64,000 nt of DNA, taken from positions 1,123 to 65,122 of the IMG/VR virus record IMGVR_UViG_3300028920_000072. One strand, 5' to 3'. A program made the translations under genes and the position numbers. The DNA is from a virus. Lineage: Duplodnaviria > Caudoviricetes. Position 1 is the first letter of the stretch; every line of letters starts with the position of its first letter. The notes beneath the pieces are model-generated. The model was not told the origin of the DNA, did not search any database, and saw nothing but the letters and a program-made list of their open reading frames with translations. Below, piece after piece: positions 1-9,892 of this stretch.

Positions 1-5
1 GAAAT

Positions 6-347
6 GTGACTAATAAGAAAGAAAGATTAGCTGCTCAGAAAGAAATAACAGAAGTACTATTAGCATATCAAGTAGAAGTAGATAGTGAAGTTACAGAGCG
101 TCTAAAGATAGAGATGCAAAGCGATAATAAATTAACAAAGATGATAAGACCTCTTTCGTTGATATTTACTACAATAGTTGTATCGGCGTTAGCTATTACA
201 GATGGTAATTTTGGTAGTTTTGTTGTAGATGATTTGTATATAGAATTATTTAAAAGTTTGATGGGGCTTCAATATATGTTCTATTTTGGTTCTAGAGGAG
301 CAGAGAAAATTATGGAAAAGATATATACAAACAAGAAAGAGAAATAA
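6..347 (+). CDS. Putative holin (3TM holin-like); may be 5'-truncated by the window edge
   Basis: Hydrophobic segment IRPLSLIFTTIVVSALAI and C-terminal YMFYFGSRGAEK motif typical of small phage holins; basic tail. Confidence 0.65.
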   Translation: MTNKKERLAAQKEITEVLLAYQVEVDSEVTERLKIEMQSDNKLTKMIRPLSLIFTTIVVSALAITDGNFGSFVVDDLYIELFKSLMGLQYMFYFGSRGAEKIMEKIYTNKKEK

Positions 348-1042
348 TGGCAGTAACGTTTGTAACATTAAATACTATAACGACCGATTTACTTAATATA
401 ATTAGAGGATCTAATATATCTGGTAGTGAATCTATATCTAAGCGTCAGTTAGAAGCATGGGTTCATGAATATAGAGCCTTGTTGCTTAAACAAGATATAG
501 ACAAAGGCAAATATCCTAATCCTGATTATATTCAAGTCATTAGTCATATTAAATTAGAGAAAATAGATTTAGCTGGAGATGCTACAAGTACAGATAGTTT
601 ATTGACAGATGAATATATATATCGTACTTCTTTGACTATACCTAAAACTATTGATTTAAACTATAAATCAGGTTTTATGTTTATAGGTTCTCCTACAGGA
701 GATGAGATACAGTTGGTCCCAGAAGGTAGGCAGACATGGCAACAGTATAGGAAATATACATCTACTCAACCAATTTGTTTCTTAAAAGATAATAGGATAT
801 ATGTTAGGAATAACGAACCACTTGAATACCTTACTATTCGTGGTATATTTGAGGTACCGTCTGAAGTTGGTAGATTTGTTAATGCCAAGACAGATCAACC
901 TTACTTCAACGAAGACAGTAAATATCCTATTCCTATAAACATGATACCTGTATTGAAAGAAATGATATTAACAAATGAGTTAAAGATTGAATCAGTTACT
1001 CCCTCTGATACTACTAATGATAGTTCAGATAATCCAATATAA
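347..1042 (+). CDS. crAss-like virion ring/head-tail structural protein
   Basis: Motifs RQLEAWVHEYRALLLKQD, YLTIRGIFEVP, DSKYPIP resemble conserved crAss-like structural proteins; lies before the IHF-like and tail genes. Confidence 0.6.
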   Translation: MAVTFVTLNTITTDLLNIIRGSNISGSESISKRQLEAWVHEYRALLLKQDIDKGKYPNPDYIQVISHIKLEKIDLAGDATSTDSLLTDEYIYRTSLTIPKTIDLNYKSGFMFIGSPTGDEIQLVPEGRQTWQQYRKYTSTQPICFLKDNRIYVRNNEPLEYLTIRGIFEVPSEVGRFVNAKTDQPYFNEDSKYPIPINMIPVLKEMILTNELKIESVTPSDTTNDSSDNPI

Positions 1043-1044
1043 AT

Positions 1045-1509
1045 ATGGCGTTTTACGGCAGAGGAAAAAATAGAATACAGAAACCATATACAATGCCTGA
1101 TTTCTATAAGAGATATCAAGATACTCATGATGAATTGTATCAAATTGAATATTCATTATATAGAGATATTGTTTCTGAATTTTATAAAGAGATGATGAAT
1201 ATTATATTACTTGATGCTAAAACATTTAAAATGCCATTTAGATTAGGTGATATAAAGGTATTTAAGAAAAAAATGAGTCTAAAGCATTTGAGTGCTAGAC
1301 AAATGAATTGGAAAGAAACTTCTAAAATAGGAAAAAGAGTTTATCATTTAAATGAACATAGCAGAGGATATAAATACATGTTTAGATGGAAAAAAAAGTC
1401 ACATTGTTTAAAAAATGCATTCCTGTATAGATTCGTTCCTAGTCGTGCTAATAAACGTGAACTAGCTAGGTTAATTAAGACAGGAGAATATGATTATTTT
1501 GAAAAATAA
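1045..1509 (+). CDS. IHF/HU-like DNA-binding protein of crAss-like phages
   Basis: Basic 154 aa; FKMPFRLGDIKVFKKK...YMFRWKK...YRFVPSRANKRELARLIK; conserved position before the tail tubular gene. Confidence 0.65.
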   Translation: MAFYGRGKNRIQKPYTMPDFYKRYQDTHDELYQIEYSLYRDIVSEFYKEMMNIILLDAKTFKMPFRLGDIKVFKKKMSLKHLSARQMNWKETSKIGKRVYHLNEHSRGYKYMFRWKKKSHCLKNAFLYRFVPSRANKRELARLIKTGEYDYFEK

Positions 1510-1728
1510 ATGGTTAAGTATGCTAATATAGCCGGGGATACCTTAAGAGGTATAATTAATAGAATAAATATTTTGTGGAGAGCTATATTTACTACAGATG
1601 ATATTACTCCAATAATGAATACTGATACTAATGCTAGTGGGGTAGCAAGTACAACTTCTGCTGGTAGTACAGGAGAACAAGCAGAAGATACATTAAAGAA
1701 AGCTAAACTAGCTGCATTTAAATTATAA
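1510..1728 (+). CDS. Small hypothetical protein
   Basis: 72-aa ORF abutting both neighbours; GDTLR motif. Confidence 0.5.
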   Translation: MVKYANIAGDTLRGIINRINILWRAIFTTDDITPIMNTDTNASGVASTTSAGSTGEQAEDTLKKAKLAAFKL

Positions 1729-1731
1729 ACA

Positions 1732-2640
1732 ATGATATACAAAAACGTAAGTGTAAAACGTGTAATAGCAAAAGTGTTTGCCGATCTTGATCTTCAAGAA
1801 GGAGATCATAAAATTAATGATATGATAGAATGGGCAGGCGAAGCTTTGGAAAAAATCGGTGTGTTTTCATCATTTATAAACAAAGTCACCGGTAAAGATG
1901 GAGTTCCAATATTAGAAGTCTTTAACTATCAAACTAAACTACCTTGTGATTTTTATAGACTTATTCAGGTATCTTTTTCTGAAAATGAAGCTGGGCCTTA
2001 TTATCCTATGAGATATGCAACTGGTAGTTTTGATTATGGGTCTGTTATAAATGAAAGTACTAGTGATAGTATTGTTTATCCAGAAAGTTCTCTTATTAAT
2101 ATAACTATGAGTTTATATGATCTTACATACGAACAAGCATTAGAAAAACTAAATGACGAACCTGCTACTCGTAGTCTTATTAATTCTATGATCTCAGATA
2201 TGGACAATAGAAGTGTTAATAATATAGTAGATGATCAAACTTTAGATTACACATATTTAATAACACCGAGTTATATAAAAACAAATCAAGAAACCGGTTA
2301 TATAATGTTGGCTTATCAAGCAATACCAACAGATGATGAAGGATTTCCATTAATACCAGATCATGTTTCTTTTATGGAAGCTATATATTGGTATATAACT
2401 ATGAAAATTTTATATCCTCAATGGAAAAATGGCAGAATAAGGGACGCTGTATATTATGATGCAAGACGTTCTTGGAATTATTATTGTAAACAGGCATATG
2501 GTAATGCTCTCATGCCAAATAAAGATCAAATGGAAAGTATTAAAAACACATGGTTAAGAATAATACCAGAAATAAATGAACACGCCACTGCTTCTTCAAC
2601 ATTAGGGCAAAGGCAAATTATATATAATGCTAATAGATAA
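1732..2640 (+). CDS. Tail tubular/ring protein (P22 gp4-like, crAss Ttub)
   Basis: MIEWAGEALEKIG, KLPCDFY, LAYQAIPTDDEGFPLIPD, EAIYWYI motifs; directly upstream of the stabilisation protein. Confidence 0.75.
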   Translation: MIYKNVSVKRVIAKVFADLDLQEGDHKINDMIEWAGEALEKIGVFSSFINKVTGKDGVPILEVFNYQTKLPCDFYRLIQVSFSENEAGPYYPMRYATGSFDYGSVINESTSDSIVYPESSLINITMSLYDLTYEQALEKLNDEPATRSLINSMISDMDNRSVNNIVDDQTLDYTYLITPSYIKTNQETGYIMLAYQAIPTDDEGFPLIPDHVSFMEAIYWYITMKILYPQWKNGRIRDAVYYDARRSWNYYCKQAYGNALMPNKDQMESIKNTWLRIIPEINEHATASSTLGQRQIIYNANR

Positions 2641-5600
2641 TGAGGCAAACTTCAGTTAATACATATGTTGAAGGTATGAATAAAGATGTTGATCGTGGAT
2701 TAATATCAAACAAAGCATATCTAGAAGCTAATAACTTTAGGCTTGTTACTACTCAGGGTAGTACAACAGGTTCATTGGAAAATATTCGTGGTAATAAATC
2801 CATTATACCCTTTGCTGATATGATGGACGAAGGAGATACTTACAGCAATGGAGTTGATTATTTTGTGTTAGCTGGTGAAATTACAGATAATGGTGGTGCT
2901 GGTACGGATTATGTAGCTGGTGAACATTTTTCTATGGTTGGCACTGCTGTAGCAAAAACCACTGGGTATACTGGAGTAGTTAGAATTATACCATCTTCTT
3001 ATGTAATAGATGATGGTCAGATGATTGTAGGTGGGATTCAAATGAGAGATGAGATCATATTGTTTACTACGAATAATACTTCTAGTAGTCCTACTGCAGG
3101 TAAAAGCTGTATATATAAATTAATAGTAGATAATGAAGATGAAGAACAAGATTCTTTAACTAAGATATATGATGATAATTTAAACGCAGGTACTAATTCA
3201 ACTGATTTTCTTACTTTTAGTACATATTATCCAATCAAAACAATAAGTAGATATGAAACAGATAATATACAAAAAGTATATTGGGTCGATGGTTATAATG
3301 AAATAAGATATGCAATTATTAGTAATAATCTTACTATAGATGGTACCGCTTATTCTAGTAATGATTATATGCCAACTGATAAGTTTGCGTTGACACCAGA
3401 TTTTACATATACTAAACCTGCAATTACAGACATAGTTAGTGGTACATTACTTCCAGGAATGATACAATATACATATCAACTTTATACAGTGAATGGTTCT
3501 GAAACAGCTTATTCTCCACTGAGTGATATTATTCATATAACTAATTCTGATGATTATGCTCCAGATGATTCTGAATACAAGGGTGAATCAGATATAACGG
3601 TTTCTACTGGCAAAGGATTAAGAATTAATATTAATAATAATGAAAATCCTGGTTATGATAGATTAAGATTGGTAAGGATACAATATACGGCTATAAATGA
3701 AACGCCTAATGTTAATATTGTAACAGAGGAGTGTATAAATCCAGAAGGTGAATCTATAGATATAATAGATACTGGGGATTTCATTAGTGAACTTACAGTC
3801 GCAGAGGTCAGTTTATTAATATCTGATTTTGAAAAATTAATCGCCCAAGATCTTGCTACTAAAGATAACAGGTTGTTTGCTGCTAATATATCTACAGATG
3901 TTTTCGATATAGGTACATATGACTCTAGAGTTGTAAGATATCGAGATTACACAGAACCGGCATCTGGTGAAGATACTATATACAAAAACACTGTTGATAG
4001 TGATCCAAGTGTCAGTGCTGGATATATAGATGACAATAGTATACAAATCAGTATTAGTGGATGGCCCACTTGGGCAGCAGTTCCTACCTCTAGGACTGTT
4101 ACAGATGTTGATGACGTAGAGACTTCACATTTGGAGATATATTATACGATTGATAGTGTACAATACCATAAGTGGTTTACCTCTGGTATAACTACTGATA
4201 ATGAAAACTATGCATCCACTACTCTCACTTTTTATGTAAATACATCTGTAAGTATATTTGGTGGATCTGGAGTACCTGACTCAATCGACTCAGTAGACAT
4301 AGCATCAACAATGTATCATTATGACTATACTGCTCCAGGTACTACTACTTATGAGACAGCTTTGATATACGATACTGGTCTTGGTGGTGATTTAGAAATA
4401 GAGGTACCTAATGATACAAATAGTCTTTCATCTTGGAATAGTGCAGGTTGGACTAATTACACAGATGAACATGATGGTATAAATTATTATAATGATCCAG
4501 ATCAATTTAATAAAGATTCTAAATTGTGTGTGTTTCAATCTGATTTATCTACAGTCGGAGCAGAGGGTCCTAATATATTAATTGAAGTTGTTACAGATAC
4601 TTTTGTTATAGACGAAGCAGCTAGTGCTGATTATACATATTATTCTGATTTAGAAGGTACTGGGGAAAATCCATCATATCAAAATTATTCCAGTCCGTTT
4701 AAAACAGGTAAAAGATCACTTCAACGTGGTGAAGTTTATAGATTGTTTTCTACGTTTTATAACGAAGAAGGACAAGCTTCTTTTCCACAATGGATGTGTG
4801 ATCTTAAAATGCCAGAAATGAATGATACGTACGGTGATACCGTTACGTACGAATTAACTACAACTAGTACAGGTGAAACAGTTGCTAAGACATTAGCACT
4901 TGAAGTCACATATAGAAATTTTCCAACAGACGCAGTTGCTGCTCAAGTTTTTGCAGTACCGAGAGAATCTGGTGATAGATCTATTCTTACACAAGCCTTG
5001 GTTATTCCTATGACAGAAGTTACTAGTTATTTTGAACCTAGAACTTTAGGTGTAGCTTTACCAAATACAGAAACTATAATAAAATTAGTATCTCCTGAAA
5101 TTAATATAAATCAAAATCTTAAATTTGGTAGTAATGATTATCTTTATGATTTGGGTTATTTTGCAGAAGTTACAGATGGAGGGATAGGTGCCAATTCAAG
5201 GTGTATTCATAAATTTCAATCGCACACGGTAAGTACAAAGGGTGATAACAATGTAAGAGAAGTGAGTGCTATTCGTAAGGTCACTCCTACTGCAAAAGAT
5301 TATTATTATACAGTTGGTTCATACGATTGTAGGAATTATAGCGATACGGAAGAGGCATATGGATCAAGTGGATATATAGTAGAATATAACACTACTGCTT
5401 GGACAGCAGAAACAAACACTAGAAATTTAGCTAATTATTGTAGGAATGTGTTTGATTCTCAATACGGTGGAAATACTTATGAAGCTAGAACTAGAAATTA
5501 TTGTACTGCGATTTCTGGTTTGGTTACTGCTACAGGTACTCCTGTTACAGCATATGGTGATACATTTATAAACTTTTTTGATGTAAATACATTGTTATAT

Positions 5601-7097
5601 GATACAGCTCAAAGTGGTACTGATTCTTTATCAGAAGCTGTATATGTTCCTTGTGAAAGTAGTATTAATTGTGATTTAAGACATGATTCTCCGATGCATG
5701 TTATAAGAGGTACGGCTACATATTATTATTTGATACAGGAAGAATCTGGAGAATGGGAAGAAGCCAGTAGTGGAAACATATATACTCAAGATACGGATGC
5801 TTATCAGTATAATACTGTTTATTCTCAAATACCTAATTTAGATTATAAATATGCTGAACCTATGGATTGGTCAGAGAATATGGAATTTGACACTACTATT
5901 AGATCTTCTGATGTTAAAGTAAATGGAGAAACTAGTGATTCGTGGACTAATTTTCCTACAAATGAATCTATAGAAGTCGATTCTGAGTATGGTCCATTGA
6001 ATGCTATATATACATTTAATAATGATTTGTATTATTTTCAGGATCGTGGATTTGGTATTGTATCTGTGAATCCTAGATCGTTAATACAAGATAGTAACAC
6101 TACTCAATTAGTTTTAGGCACAGGTGGAGTATTGGACAGATATGATTATATATCACAACACATTGGTTGTAAAGATAAGTTTAGTATAGTAAAATCTAAG
6201 TCATCTTTATATTGGTTTGATAGAGAAGGTAAATCTTTATATAAATTAGGAGAAGGTTTAATTAGTTTAACTAGAGCTAAATATATGCAATCGCATATGG
6301 ATTATTTTTACGATTCTAGGTTAAGTATTATATCTGCTTATGATAAAAATAATGATGAAATTTTATTTACTTTCTTTTTAGATCCAATAAATTATGATGA
6401 TAGTAATTATGATAGAAGTTACACTTTAGCATTTAATGAACTCGTTGGTGTTTTTCCTTCTTTTTATTCTATTAAACCTACTTTGTATATTCCATATAAG
6501 AACAAATTGTTGGTAACAACAGATGACGATGGTCTTACTGAAAACACTGGAGATCATTTGAACGTCAGCAGAGAAACTTTATGGTTTTATGACAGTGAAA
6601 ATGTAGATCGTTGTTATTTTTGGTCACATGATGGTTCAGGTTTAGAAAGCGATTGGTTTGTAGATTCTAATGTCGAAATATTATTTAATCCAGAATACCA
6701 ATTTACAAAAGTATTTGATAATATTACTTTTATTGCTAATGCTTGGAATAGAACGTTAAGTGGTTTGACCATTCAAGATAACACCTCTTATGATGAATTT
6801 TTTGATACTATGCAATTTTATAATGATTATCAAAACACCGGAGAAGTAACTTTAACTTATGGTACAAATTTAAAACGTAGGGAACGTGGTTGGTCTACTT
6901 ATATACCTAGAAACATTGTAGATACTGCTGTTACTTCAAATCCGAATATATATACAGCAACGGATACAAGTAGAATATTCAAAGAACGTATGCGCGGTAA
7001 GTACTTAATAGGGAATTTTATATATAACAATGGTACTACTCATGATAAATTTGTAGTATCAGATATGATATTACATTATAGAAAATCTTTTAGATAA
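2640..7097 (+). CDS. Tail stabilisation/muzzle protein (P22 gp10-like, crAss Tstab)
   Basis: 1485 aa; N-terminal GMNKDVD...EANNFR...LENIRGN, KDNRLFAAN, LVLGTGGVLDRYDYIS, C-terminal RMRGKYL. Confidence 0.8.
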   Translation: MRQTSVNTYVEGMNKDVDRGLISNKAYLEANNFRLVTTQGSTTGSLENIRGNKSIIPFADMMDEGDTYSNGVDYFVLAGEITDNGGAGTDYVAGEHFSMVGTAVAKTTGYTGVVRIIPSSYVIDDGQMIVGGIQMRDEIILFTTNNTSSSPTAGKSCIYKLIVDNEDEEQDSLTKIYDDNLNAGTNSTDFLTFSTYYPIKTISRYETDNIQKVYWVDGYNEIRYAIISNNLTIDGTAYSSNDYMPTDKFALTPDFTYTKPAITDIVSGTLLPGMIQYTYQLYTVNGSETAYSPLSDIIHITNSDDYAPDDSEYKGESDITVSTGKGLRININNNENPGYDRLRLVRIQYTAINETPNVNIVTEECINPEGESIDIIDTGDFISELTVAEVSLLISDFEKLIAQDLATKDNRLFAANISTDVFDIGTYDSRVVRYRDYTEPASGEDTIYKNTVDSDPSVSAGYIDDNSIQISISGWPTWAAVPTSRTVTDVDDVETSHLEIYYTIDSVQYHKWFTSGITTDNENYASTTLTFYVNTSVSIFGGSGVPDSIDSVDIASTMYHYDYTAPGTTTYETALIYDTGLGGDLEIEVPNDTNSLSSWNSAGWTNYTDEHDGINYYNDPDQFNKDSKLCVFQSDLSTVGAEGPNILIEVVTDTFVIDEAASADYTYYSDLEGTGENPSYQNYSSPFKTGKRSLQRGEVYRLFSTFYNEEGQASFPQWMCDLKMPEMNDTYGDTVTYELTTTSTGETVAKTLALEVTYRNFPTDAVAAQVFAVPRESGDRSILTQALVIPMTEVTSYFEPRTLGVALPNTETIIKLVSPEININQNLKFGSNDYLYDLGYFAEVTDGGIGANSRCIHKFQSHTVSTKGDNNVREVSAIRKVTPTAKDYYYTVGSYDCRNYSDTEEAYGSSGYIVEYNTTAWTAETNTRNLANYCRNVFDSQYGGNTYEARTRNYCTAISGLVTATGTPVTAYGDTFINFFDVNTLLYDTAQSGTDSLSEAVYVPCESSINCDLRHDSPMHVIRGTATYYYLIQEESGEWEEASSGNIYTQDTDAYQYNTVYSQIPNLDYKYAEPMDWSENMEFDTTIRSSDVKVNGETSDSWTNFPTNESIEVDSEYGPLNAIYTFNNDLYYFQDRGFGIVSVNPRSLIQDSNTTQLVLGTGGVLDRYDYISQHIGCKDKFSIVKSKSSLYWFDREGKSLYKLGEGLISLTRAKYMQSHMDYFYDSRLSIISAYDKNNDEILFTFFLDPINYDDSNYDRSYTLAFNELVGVFPSFYSIKPTLYIPYKNKLLVTTDDDGLTENTGDHLNVSRETLWFYDSENVDRCYFWSHDGSGLESDWFVDSNVEILFNPEYQFTKVFDNITFIANAWNRTLSGLTIQDNTSYDEFFDTMQFYNDYQNTGEVTLTYGTNLKRRERGWSTYIPRNIVDTAVTSNPNIYTATDTSRIFKERMRGKYLIGNFIYNNGTTHDKFVVSDMILHYRKSFR

Positions 7098-8908
7098 TGA
7101 CTAAGAAAAAACCAAAAGATCCAAAAAAATATACAGATAGGAAGCAGCCAATACTTACAGAAACTGGAGCTCACCTTGATCCTACTATGTTAGAAAAGGA
7201 AGAACGTAGACAACGTGTAGCTAATTATTTTAAAGATGCTGGTACTACGTTATCTACTCTCGGTACTCAATTACGTATGCCCACAGAGGAAGAACTCGAA
7301 AGAGCACGATCTGGATTAATGGGTCAAGCTGAAATGCTTTCTAAGGGTATTACATGGAGTATGATCGATGCTCTGACTGGTAAAGCTCTTGGTCGATTAC
7401 CGGGAGCAATTAAATCATTAAGAAAACGTGGTTCTTCGAATGTATACAACTCTGGACCTATTATTAATGAATTAGAAAGTGGAGTTACAAAAAAATTATC
7501 TCAAAAACAATATATAACTACTGGTTATTTATATGATCCATATGAAGATATAGCTGTACAAGAGGGGGATAGATTTGTTAGAGAGTGGTTTAACCATCCA
7601 GCTAAAATAGAACAATTCGGTAAGGAACGTGGGTTGGATATTGCCAGAAGAGCATCAAGAGTAAATACTAAATATGTTAAGCCTGATTTGATAAATAATA
7701 GTTTAGGACAATCTGCATCTTTAGCATTTGATCCTGATGACTATTATTCTGTAGTTAGCGAGGAGATAAGAAAATATCCATCAAAATATAAAACTTCTAT
7801 ATCTGCTCATGAAGCTACTCACGCTAGTACATTAGGAGGCAGACTCTTGTCAAAAGAGGAAATAGACATGATTGAAAATAAATTACTAAATCGAGTCGAG
7901 TATGTGGAGAATATCTATCCTAATTCTCATAGTAGTCTATCAAACGATCAAATAAAAGGTATGTATAAAATGCATGATTATCTTTCTAAACCCACGGAAA
8001 TACATGCTCGTATTATGCAACTAAGACAATTAGCAGGAGTGGCACCAGGGGAAGAATTTACTGGTTTACATTTAAAAAAGGCTTTAAAAAAAGTAGAAGG
8101 TGCAAAAGCAATTGGTCACAAAGATTTTGGTCACTTCAAACGTCTATCGAGTATGCTTAAAGGTGGGAATAAAGATATTATAAAATTAGCTAATAGTTTA
8201 CGTGCAGTTCCTGGAGTTGCTATTGGTTTAAACAACAAAGAAGAAATGGCAAAAGGTGGTTGGGTACAGAAAGCAGCAGCTTCTGTGAAACGTAGAGGTA
8301 CCGAAGGCAAATGTGGTCCTAATTGTGATCGTCCTGGATGTACTGGTCGTGCATTGGCATTATGTCATGCTTTTCACACGATAGCTCGTAATCGCAAAAA
8401 GAAAGCAGATGGAGGCGAAGTTGAAAATATGTCTTTTGGTGGCATTGCTAAAGAGACAATTGGTGGCGGAGCCAAGGGAGGTCTTACTGGTATGGGGCTT
8501 CCTGGTGTAATAATGGGAGCAGGTTTAGGTCTTGTTCGGGGTCTGATAGATCATGTTCATGAGAAAAAAGAAGAAGATGAAGATCAAATTAGTCCAATGG
8601 CAGCTTCAGCCAGGGCTCGTCAAGCGTTTCAATCTTCTTATAATCCATATAATGTTACTTTTCCAGAAGGAGGAATGATCCCAGAAGCTAATGTTGAATT
8701 AGAAAGAGAGGAAGTATTTCAAACTCCAGAAGGTGAGATAGGACAAGTCAATGCTCCAGATCATTCTCAAGGTGGAATAGATATGTATTTGCAACCAGGA
8801 ACTAGAGTATTTAGTGATAGGTTGCAAACAACTACTGGTAAAACCTTTGCAGAAGAAGCAGAGAAGATAAAAAAACAAATAGCCAAATACGAAAAAATGT
8901 TAAATTAA
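7097..8908 (+). CDS. Virion cargo/ejection protein, N-terminal part, with zincin metallopeptidase-like domain
   Basis: HEATH...YLSKPTEIHARIMQLR (HExxH); Cys/His cluster; glycine-zipper segment; VELEREEV...HSQGGI...VFSDRL cargo motif. Confidence 0.65.
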   Translation: MTKKKPKDPKKYTDRKQPILTETGAHLDPTMLEKEERRQRVANYFKDAGTTLSTLGTQLRMPTEEELERARSGLMGQAEMLSKGITWSMIDALTGKALGRLPGAIKSLRKRGSSNVYNSGPIINELESGVTKKLSQKQYITTGYLYDPYEDIAVQEGDRFVREWFNHPAKIEQFGKERGLDIARRASRVNTKYVKPDLINNSLGQSASLAFDPDDYYSVVSEEIRKYPSKYKTSISAHEATHASTLGGRLLSKEEIDMIENKLLNRVEYVENIYPNSHSSLSNDQIKGMYKMHDYLSKPTEIHARIMQLRQLAGVAPGEEFTGLHLKKALKKVEGAKAIGHKDFGHFKRLSSMLKGGNKDIIKLANSLRAVPGVAIGLNNKEEMAKGGWVQKAAASVKRRGTEGKCGPNCDRPGCTGRALALCHAFHTIARNRKKKADGGEVENMSFGGIAKETIGGGAKGGLTGMGLPGVIMGAGLGLVRGLIDHVHEKKEEDEDQISPMAASARARQAFQSSYNPYNVTFPEGGMIPEANVELEREEVFQTPEGEIGQVNAPDHSQGGIDMYLQPGTRVFSDRLQTTTGKTFAEEAEKIKKQIAKYEKMLN

Positions 8909-8911
8909 ATT

Positions 8912-9871
8912 ATGGCAACAAAGATACAAAAGAATACAGCACAATTGATGATAAATAAACTTCAAGCTAAGTTAGATGCTTTATACAATGAGCAAGAAGG
9001 TATGAAAGTAGATAAAATGAAGTGTGGTGGTAGAGTTAGTTCTAGAAAACCTAAGAAAATGCTAAGTGGTGGTGAGAGTCCTTACTATTCGATGGATTGG
9101 CCACCTTGGAATACTCCAGCTGATTGGTTGAACGCAGGTCCTTTGGTTGGTGCTAATATAAAACCCATTAATGGGAATTATGATGTAAACATGGGAGCTA
9201 AACCTATAAATACAAATAAATTAGCTGGTACAAACGCAGGAGGTGTATTTGGAGATAGATACAGTGCATCTGATTTTGGTAATGGCGGATTTGATTGGGG
9301 AAATGCTGGTTATCAAGCTGGGGTTGCAGCTCCGTTTTTTTACAATTTATTCATGGGATTAAAAAAACCAGAGCAAGAAAGAGCGTCTGATTATTATAAT
9401 CCTTATGCTAATAGGGTTTTGGACAATCTTAGAAAGCGTAGATATGATATTGATCCAGTGTTACAAGCCAACCTAGGTGCACAGAATATTTATAATAGGA
9501 ATGTAACTAATGCTTCTGGTGGTAATAGAGGACAATTGTTAAACAATCTGGGGGCAGGTATGGTTAATAGACAGGTGGCTGATGCTAATGCATTGTCACA
9601 AGCTTCTAATGTGAATAATCAATATCTTGGTGAACTTGCTCAAGGAGAAATGGATATAGGTCAACAAATGGCTGATATTAATTTTCAGATTGCTCAGATT
9701 AATGCTGCTAATAGAGCAAAACAGAGACAACATCTTGCACAGTCTGCTTCTGATTTAGCCAATATGTTACAAATTAATAAGTTAATGGGTAATCAACAAC
9801 AAAGTGATACGCAAAAATCAGGTATGTTTAGAGACACGTTTAAAGAAATACTTCCTTTTTTAACAGGATAG
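8912..9871 (+). CDS. Virion cargo/ejection protein, C-terminal part
   Basis: In frame with 7097-8908; N/Q/A-rich helical C-terminus typical of ejected core proteins. Confidence 0.6.
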   Translation: MATKIQKNTAQLMINKLQAKLDALYNEQEGMKVDKMKCGGRVSSRKPKKMLSGGESPYYSMDWPPWNTPADWLNAGPLVGANIKPINGNYDVNMGAKPINTNKLAGTNAGGVFGDRYSASDFGNGGFDWGNAGYQAGVAAPFFYNLFMGLKKPEQERASDYYNPYANRVLDNLRKRRYDIDPVLQANLGAQNIYNRNVTNASGGNRGQLLNNLGAGMVNRQVADANALSQASNVNNQYLGELAQGEMDIGQQMADINFQIAQINAANRAKQRQHLAQSASDLANMLQINKLMGNQQQSDTQKSGMFRDTFKEILPFLTG

Positions 9872-9892
9872 GAGATTAAAAAATTATAAAAC

